A stretch of DNA of 64,000 nt from contig CAZXFD010000002.1 of the NCBI GenBank assembly GCA_964640635.1, forward strand, positions 179,115-243,114, written 5' to 3'. Made by a program: the position numbers and the translations under genes. The notes below the pieces were generated by a model. That model did not search any database. It saw only the letters and a list, made by a program, of their open reading frames with translations, and was not told the DNA's origin. The DNA is from an uncultured Gammaproteobacteria bacterium. Lineage in GTDB: Bacteria > Patescibacteriota > Patescibacteriia > UBA1558 > S5-K13. Shown piece after piece: positions 58,671-64,000 of this stretch. Each line of letters opens with the position of its first letter. Positions within the stretch are counted from its first letter, which is position 1.

Positions 58671-58734
58671 GCTCGCCTCGCTATTGCTACCTGCCTCGAC
58701 TTGCGTCTATAGCAAGGCGGGTGGTGAAGCGGGT
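58671..58734. repeat. Nested REP-like palindrome inserted in a terminator loop
   Basis: gctcgcctcgct...acctgcctcg...caaggcgggt...ggtgaagcgggt sits between gcgccgaatt and attatccgacgctt. Confidence 0.8.
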
Positions 58735-58753
58735 ATTATCCGACGCTTAACAT

Positions 58754-59602
58754 TTATTGCTTCTTTTTTGAACTCAATCTTTCAGCATGTTCACGTACTT
58801 GCCTTTGCCATATTATGCGAGGATCTTCAGTCCAATATCCAATATACATATCGTCGTCAAATATAGAATCATAACCTCTGACCAACTTAGTCCATTTTTT
58901 ATCTGCTACGGAAGTAGCACGAATATCTAACCTCGTCGTATAAAGTTCAGAATGATATTTATCCAAAAATTGTCCTAACTGTTTTTCATCCATTTTTTCA
59001 ATCTCTACTAATGCAATTTTATTCCATCTTTGCATTATTATTTCCGAACTATACTCCAGCTCTTTAGGGTCATGTAGATTTTCTACACAATTTATGTATT
59101 TTTTTATAAGCTCATCAATTTCATCTAGCGAAGTCATTTGTTCAACTATTGGTCTGGCAAGATCATCCCACTTCTGTATTAATGATTTATATGTATCACC
59201 CCATTCTAGCAATATCATGTTAGATATACGGTCATAACTATCATATTTTTTCATAAAGTCATTAACTTCATCTAGTGAAATCATTTGTTCAACTATTGGC
59301 TTGCCTAAATCAGCAAGCTTATTTAGAAGGGGTCTTACATGTCCATATACGAAATTTTTAACAGAATAACCATCAAAACAAGAGTATTTATCTTTATCAA
59401 TCTTTGTATAGAAACTAATTACCTTAGAGACCCGTACTAATGCATCATCTACCTCATCAAATGTATTGCAAACAATAGATAACTTATTTACGATATCATC
59501 AAAAGGAATATTTTCTAGTTCATTAATATTTAAAATACTAACTAATTCTTCATAGTTTGTTGCATTTTGTATTGCCAGTGAAACTTCTTCCTTCTTATCC
59601 AT
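58754..59602 (-). CDS. Hypothetical helical-repeat protein
   Basis: 40-aa internal repeat PIVEQMISLDEV/PIVEQMTSLDEI; GGAGG SD. Confidence 0.8.
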   Translation of the reverse strand: MDKKEEVSLAIQNATNYEELVSILNINELENIPFDDIVNKLSIVCNTFDEVDDALVRVSKVISFYTKIDKDKYSCFDGYSVKNFVYGHVRPLLNKLADLGKPIVEQMISLDEVNDFMKKYDSYDRISNMILLEWGDTYKSLIQKWDDLARPIVEQMTSLDEIDELIKKYINCVENLHDPKELEYSSEIIMQRWNKIALVEIEKMDEKQLGQFLDKYHSELYTTRLDIRATSVADKKWTKLVRGYDSIFDDDMYIGYWTEDPRIIWQRQVREHAERLSSKKKQ

Positions 59603-59662
59603 TTTATCCTCCCAGATAAACTTTATTTATTTTTCAAGGCACTGTCCTTGTCTGAATATACC

Positions 59663-59740
59663 ATAATAGCATACCCCGGCCTTCTTGTCAAGTATTGTCA
59701 TCAACTTCTTGTTGACAACAATTATTTTATGATATATAAT
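59663..59740. promoter_or_regulatory. Back-to-back divergent sigma70 promoters
   Basis: + strand TTGACA-17-TATAAT (59712); - strand TTGACA-17-TATTAT. Confidence 0.7.
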
Positions 59741-59971
59741 GATAGTATATAAGGGCAGATTAGAGCTCTCTGTCATATAATTATTGACACTCCTGCGCAT
59801 TTACAATTTGGCCATTTTTCATTTACAATTGATTTGCTATTGGCTATTTTGGCTATTTACCATTTAAATACAAAAAGAATAAAATATAGCTAAATAATCA
59901 AATAGCCCAATAAATTGAAAATAATAAATTATAAATCAATTGAAAATTACTAAATATTAAATTAAAAATAT

Positions 59972-60730
59972 ATGCTAAGCGATCTAAAAGATCTTGGCTT
60001 TACGCCAAACGAAATAAAAGTTTATGAATCATTACTAAAACTCGGAGAAACTCCTGTTGGGGGCATTATTAATGACCTGAAAATTCATAGACAAATTGCC
60101 TACAATGCGCTTGATACTCTAGAAAAACGAGGCATGATATCAAAAACAATGAAAAACAAAGTTTATCATTTCAAAGTTGAAGATCCAGAGATAATTGTAG
60201 AAAATATCCAAAAACAAGAACTTATCGCAAAAAGACTATCAGGACTGATAAAGCTTGAAATGGGTAAGACAAAAATAGACAATTCAATTGATATTTACAA
60301 TGGCAGAGAAGGAGTTAGAAAATTTCAAATTCATATGATGAATGAAATATCTACCAATGGAACAATATATATAATTCAAGGTGGTGCTACAGCATACCAA
60401 CAAACAATGGGATTAGACTTTATAATAAAAAAAATAGACCCTATAAGAATAAGAAAAGGTATTATTGTAAAAAACGTAATGTCTGAAAAAGACCGGTTAG
60501 AAAATAAAAAATACATGGGAAGTATAAATGCAAAAAGCAAAAACCTCAGGCAAGTTAAATTCCTTCCCTATCAAAATATTATCAATCCAACATTTACAGA
60601 TATCTGGGAAAATCATGTATCATTCATATCTTCTGGGAAAGAACCATTTGCAATAGATATCAAAAATCAAGAATTTTATAATTCATATTTAGAGCACTTT
60701 AATGTGCTTTGGAAAATGGCAAAGAAATAG
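59972..60730 (+). CDS. TrmB-family HTH transcriptional regulator, copy 2
   Basis: LGFTPNEIKVYESLLKLG...RQIAYNAL, YNGREG, FNVLWKMAK. Confidence 0.85.
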   Translation: MLSDLKDLGFTPNEIKVYESLLKLGETPVGGIINDLKIHRQIAYNALDTLEKRGMISKTMKNKVYHFKVEDPEIIVENIQKQELIAKRLSGLIKLEMGKTKIDNSIDIYNGREGVRKFQIHMMNEISTNGTIYIIQGGATAYQQTMGLDFIIKKIDPIRIRKGIIVKNVMSEKDRLENKKYMGSINAKSKNLRQVKFLPYQNIINPTFTDIWENHVSFISSGKEPFAIDIKNQEFYNSYLEHFNVLWKMAKK

Positions 60731-60765
60731 ATATAATAAATATATAATCAATAATAAACAAATTT

Positions 60766-61026
60766 ATGGAAACAATAAAAGTAGTTAATATAAAATGTGG
60801 TGGATGTTCTTCAATGATAACAAGTTCTCTAGAAAAACAAGGCTTAAAAAACATTTCAATTGACGTAGATAATCAAACAATAAGCTTTGACGGAGACAAA
60901 GAGTTGGCAAAAAGGATTTTACAAAAAATAGGATATCCTGAAGCAAATTCAAAAGAGGCAAAAAATTTCTTAAAAAAAGCTCAATCCTATATATCTTGTA
61001 TGATAGGAAGGGTTAATAAGAAATAG
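60766..61026 (+). CDS. Heavy-metal-associated (HMA) domain protein
   Basis: NIKCGGC metal-binding motif, GYP. Confidence 0.88.
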   Translation: METIKVVNIKCGGCSSMITSSLEKQGLKNISIDVDNQTISFDGDKELAKRILQKIGYPEANSKEAKNFLKKAQSYISCMIGRVNKK

Positions 61027-61120
61027 ATTAATAATTATCGATAAATATTCATAAAAAAAGATTTTCATCCTCTTGACCCAATAAAAAATATATGATTAAA
61101 TGATATAGTCCATTATTTAT

Positions 61121-61196
61121 GCGGGTGTCGTATAGTGGTTTATTATATCAGCCTTCCAAGCTGAGGAGGGCGGTTCGATTCCGCTCACCCGCTCCA
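61121..61196 (+). tRNA. tRNA-Gly (TCC)
   Basis: GCGGGTG acceptor stem, TCAGC-CT TCC AA-GCTGA, GGTTCGATTCC, TCCA. Confidence 0.95.
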
Positions 61197-61198
61197 CC

Positions 61199-61228
61199 AA
61201 AAAACCCTCTTTAAAAGAGAGTTTTTTG
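61199..61228. terminator. Terminator between tRNA-Gly and nrdG
   Basis: aaaaaaccctct-ttaaa-agagagtttttt. Confidence 0.65.
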
Positions 61229-61278
61229 TTATAAAAAAGCCCAATTTGAAATTGGACATTAGAAATTTGATATTATCT

Positions 61279-61995
61279 CTAATTCCTTATTCCACACTTT
61301 TTTACATATTTTTCCATAATCTTCTTGAACTCTTTTAACATAGCGGGTGGAAATCCTAGTTCACCACTTAAATCTTCGTCTAATAGTTTTCCTCTATCTT
61401 CAAAATTTTGCAAAAATACTAAATTAGCACCTTTTAATTCCATGCCTAATTTATCTATATCATCACTAGTAAAATACTTAGGAAGTATTGTTGTTCTAAA
61501 TTCATATTTAAGCTTCGAATTAATTAAATAATTCTTTGTTTTTTCTACTTCCCTATATAGAGAATTCTTGCACCTTGTAATAGTTTCAAATAAACTCTTA
61601 TGCGCCTTATAATCCATTGCAATATAATCAACTAGTTTTTCATCTATTAATTCTTTTAATTTCAAAAAATTACTTCCATTTGTATCAAGCTTTATCTTAT
61701 ATCCCATTTTTTTAACACTCACAATAAATTCTTTGAGTCTTGGTTGTAAAAGTGGCTCTCCTCCTGTTATAGAAAGTGCTTCTAATTTGTGTTTTCTTTT
61801 TTTCAAAAAATCTAGCACATCATTTTCCGGCACATCAAAAATCACTTCCTGATTAAAGGAAATAAGTTCTGGATTATGACAATAACGACAACGAAAATTA
61901 CATCCTTGAGTAAAAATTATTGCAGAAATCTTCTTTGGATAATCAATAAGCGACGTTTTTTGTAAACCTGAAATTTTTAAACCATTATTTTCCAT
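61279..61995 (-). CDS. nrdG: Anaerobic RNR activating radical SAM enzyme
   Basis: SLIDYP, GCNFRCRYCHNP, TGGEP, KLDTNGS, YEFRTT; next to nrdD. Confidence 0.93.
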   Translation of the reverse strand: MENNGLKISGLQKTSLIDYPKKISAIIFTQGCNFRCRYCHNPELISFNQEVIFDVPENDVLDFLKKRKHKLEALSITGGEPLLQPRLKEFIVSVKKMGYKIKLDTNGSNFLKLKELIDEKLVDYIAMDYKAHKSLFETITRCKNSLYREVEKTKNYLINSKLKYEFRTTILPKYFTSDDIDKLGMELKGANLVFLQNFEDRGKLLDEDLSGELGFPPAMLKEFKKIMEKYVKKCGIRN

Positions 61996-62009
61996 TTTGA
62001 TAATAATAA

Positions 62010-62038
62010 ACCCCCATCAAGAAAGTCTCGATGGGGGT
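62010..62038 (-). terminator. Hairpin/terminator between the glycyl-radical peptide gene and nrdG
   Basis: acccccatc...gatgggggt followed by ttattatt on - strand. Confidence 0.6.
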
Positions 62039-62051
62039 ATAAACTAAATAA

Positions 62052-62204
62052 CTAAACCTTTGCACACTTTCTTTCATTAAATTCAGCTTGCTTACCATCA
62101 TTCCATTGAGAAACTGGTCGCAAGTATCCAACTACACGAGAGTAGACCTCACATTTTTGTCTTTTTGGGGTCTCATTTAAGATTTTGTTTTTGTCTTCTT
62201 CCAT
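62052..62204 (-). CDS. Stand-alone NrdD C-terminal glycyl-radical peptide (50 aa)
   Basis: Hand translation MEEDKNKILNETPKRQKCEVYSRVVGYLRPVSQWNDGKQAEFNERKCAKV*; below the ORF-track size cutoff. Confidence 0.9.
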   Translation of the reverse strand: MEEDKNKILNETPKRQKCEVYSRVVGYLRPVSQWNDGKQAEFNERKCAKV

Positions 62205-62286
62205 AATATTAGCTTCTTAGCCAGATAGCTTCGCAGCTTCTTAGCTAATGTTAATTATTATTTATATTATAACTCTTTTTAAATTA

Positions 62287-64000
62287 TTAGTAAAAAGTCT
62301 TGTGATCACTACCTTGGGCTGCCTGATACCCTATTTCTGCATCACATTGAGGGCAGAAATAATGCTCTCCTGCGATATATCCGTGCTTTGGACACACAGA
62401 AAAAGTTGGCGTGATTGAAAAATATGGTAGCTTGTAATTTTTTGCAACTTTTTTTACAAGTTTTTTACAAACCTCTGGATCCTCTATTCTCTCACCAATA
62501 AACAAATGAATTACTGTTCCGCCAGTATAGAGCGCCTGTAAGTCATCTTGCTTATCTAATATTGAAAACAAATCGTCAGTATAATTAACTGGCAAATGAG
62601 TTGAATTTGTATAAAATGCTGGCGCACCATTTTTGTAAGATTCTTCATTTGCAATGATAATATCTGGAAAATTCTTTTTGTCGAGAAGTGCAAACCTATG
62701 ACTCGTTCCTTCTCCTGGAGTTGCTTCTAAATTAAACATATCTCCAGTTTCTTCTTGATATTTTTGAAGTCTATCTCTCATAAAATTCATTACTTCAAGA
62801 GCAAATTTCTTTCCTTCCTCAGAGCCTATATCTTTTTTCATAAAGTTTAGACATGATTCATTCATTCCAAGAAGCCCTATTGTATTAAAATGATTTTTCC
62901 AATAAGCATTAAATCTCTTGTAAATATCACGGAGATAAAATTTGGAATATGGATAAAGTCCCCGCTCAGTAAGTTGTTCTAATATTTTTCTCTTTGTTTC
63001 AAGAGTATCTTTTGCAATATCCATGAGCTCTCCGAGCTTATCAAAATATTCTTTCTTTGTTTTAGAAAGATACCCAATTCTAGGCATATTTATTGTAACC
63101 ACTCCAATGCTTCCTGTAAGTGGATTTGATCCAAAAAGTCCTCCACCTCTTTTTCTAAGAACCCTATTATCAAGTCTAAGACGACAGCACATACTTCTTG
63201 CATCGTCAGGACTCATATCTGAATTTACAAAGTTAGCAAAATAAGGAATTCCATACTTTGCAGTCATCTCCCAAATCTTTTTGTATTTTGGATTATCCCA
63301 ATCAAAGTCTTTGGTCACATTGTAAGTAGGTATTGGAAATGAAAATACGCGTCCGTTTGCATCACCTTCCATCATCACCTCTGCGAAAGCCTCGTTAAAC
63401 ATATCCATTTCTTTTTGGAACTCCCCATAAGTTTCTTTTTGAAGTTCACCGCCAATAATAACTGGCTCATCTTTCATTATTTTTGGAACTGTGAGATCAA
63501 GAGTAATATTTGTAAATGGATTTTGAAATCCAACTCTTGTTGGAACTCCCATATTAAACATAAATTCTTGAATAGCTTGCTTTACTTGTTTGTAGTCAAG
63601 CTTATCGTATCTTATAAAAGGAGCTAAGAGCGTATCAAAATCTGCAAAAGCCTGAGCTCCATTTGCCTCTCCTTGAAGTGTATAGAAAAAATTAACAGCC
63701 TGACCAAGAGCTGTTCGCAAGTGCTTCGCTGGTTTGCATGCAATTTTACCTGCAACACCTTTGAAGCCGACCATAAGCAAGTCTTTCAAATCCCAACCAC
63801 AACAATATACTGCGAGTAAATCCAAATCATGAATATGAAGCTCTCCTGATTTTTCAGCGTCTCTTGCTTGCTTTGAATAAATTTTGTTTAGCCAATAATT
63901 TTTCTGAACAGTAGAGGCAATATAACTATTTAATCCCTGAAGTGAAAAAGCCATATTTGCATTTTCTCTCACTTGCCAATCTAGCTCTCCAATATAGTTT
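62287..64000 (-). CDS. nrdD: Class III (anaerobic) ribonucleoside-triphosphate reductase catalytic subunit; 5' end outside window; lacks the glycyl-radical motif
   Basis: HIHDL, YCCGW, FPIPTYN, SMCCRL, NLEATPGE, YTGGT, CPKHG...CPQC; frame open to the window end. Confidence 0.95.
   Translation of the reverse strand, partial: NYIGELDWQVRENANMAFSLQGLNSYIASTVQKNYWLNKIYSKQARDAEKSGELHIHDLDLLAVYCCGWDLKDLLMVGFKGVAGKIACKPAKHLRTALGQAVNFFYTLQGEANGAQAFADFDTLLAPFIRYDKLDYKQVKQAIQEFMFNMGVPTRVGFQNPFTNITLDLTVPKIMKDEPVIIGGELQKETYGEFQKEMDMFNEAFAEVMMEGDANGRVFSFPIPTYNVTKDFDWDNPKYKKIWEMTAKYGIPYFANFVNSDMSPDDARSMCCRLRLDNRVLRKRGGGLFGSNPLTGSIGVVTINMPRIGYLSKTKKEYFDKLGELMDIAKDTLETKRKILEQLTERGLYPYSKFYLRDIYKRFNAYWKNHFNTIGLLGMNESCLNFMKKDIGSEEGKKFALEVMNFMRDRLQKYQEETGDMFNLEATPGEGTSHRFALLDKKNFPDIIIANEESYKNGAPAFYTNSTHLPVNYTDDLFSILDKQDDLQALYTGGTVIHLFIGERIEDPEVCKKLVKKVAKNYKLPYFSITPTFSVCPKHGYIAGEHYFCPQCDAEIGYQAAQGSDHKTFY

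Noticed and set aside
58669-58866. 65-aa ORF on + strand
   Set aside because: It spans the REP/terminator and is antisense to a real gene
62205-62289. Stop read-through or simple frameshift joining nrdD to its C-terminal peptide
   Set aside because: Two tandem TAA stops, an 82-bp non-coding gap and a frame change; the peptide has its own ATG
410-63627. Numerous 60-120 aa ORFs antisense to or nested in long genes
   Set aside because: Shadow ORFs with no motifs, overlapping well-supported genes
1-64000. CRISPR array, DGR/retron, prophage or integron
   Set aside because: No regularly spaced repeat-spacer array, and no reverse transcriptase, Cas, integrase or phage structural genes seen
1-64000. 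Alternative genetic code (UGA=Gly, as in Gracilibacteria/SR1)
   Set aside because: Long genes are intact in code 11, and TGA terminates htpX (3013) at its expected end

Overview
AT-rich bacterial chromosome segment that reads cleanly in genetic code 11. Gene content, TrbC/VirB2-like pilins, a giant Cys-rich protein and mostly SD-less housekeeping genes suggest a Patescibacteria/CPR (Parcubacteria-like) organism; this is inference. Housekeeping genes are clpC (partial), htpX, trpS, rnj, secG, gpmI, rpsF-ssb-rpsR-efp, rsmA, leuS, gmk, galU, yebC-ruvC, nrdD/nrdG and three tRNAs. Five things stand out. (1) The class III ribonucleotide reductase is split: its glycyl-radical motif (RVVGY) is on a separate 50-aa ORF missing from the ORF track. 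(2) A putative T4SS-derived surface apparatus: a tandem array of 8 TrbC/VirB2-like pilins plus a TrbL/VirB6-like gene co-oriented with a 3049-aa Cys-rich secreted protein. (3) Two RAYT (IS200-like) genes each carry an in-frame palindrome, and many nested REP-like and heptamer-repeat elements are present, one inside leuS and one as a filled/empty site pair. (4) Two paralogous TrmB-regulator modules have conserved divergent promoters but different cargo genes. (5) Orphan genes have strong Shine-Dalgarno sites while the housekeeping genes inspected have none. All functional calls come from motif recognition by eye, with no database searches.
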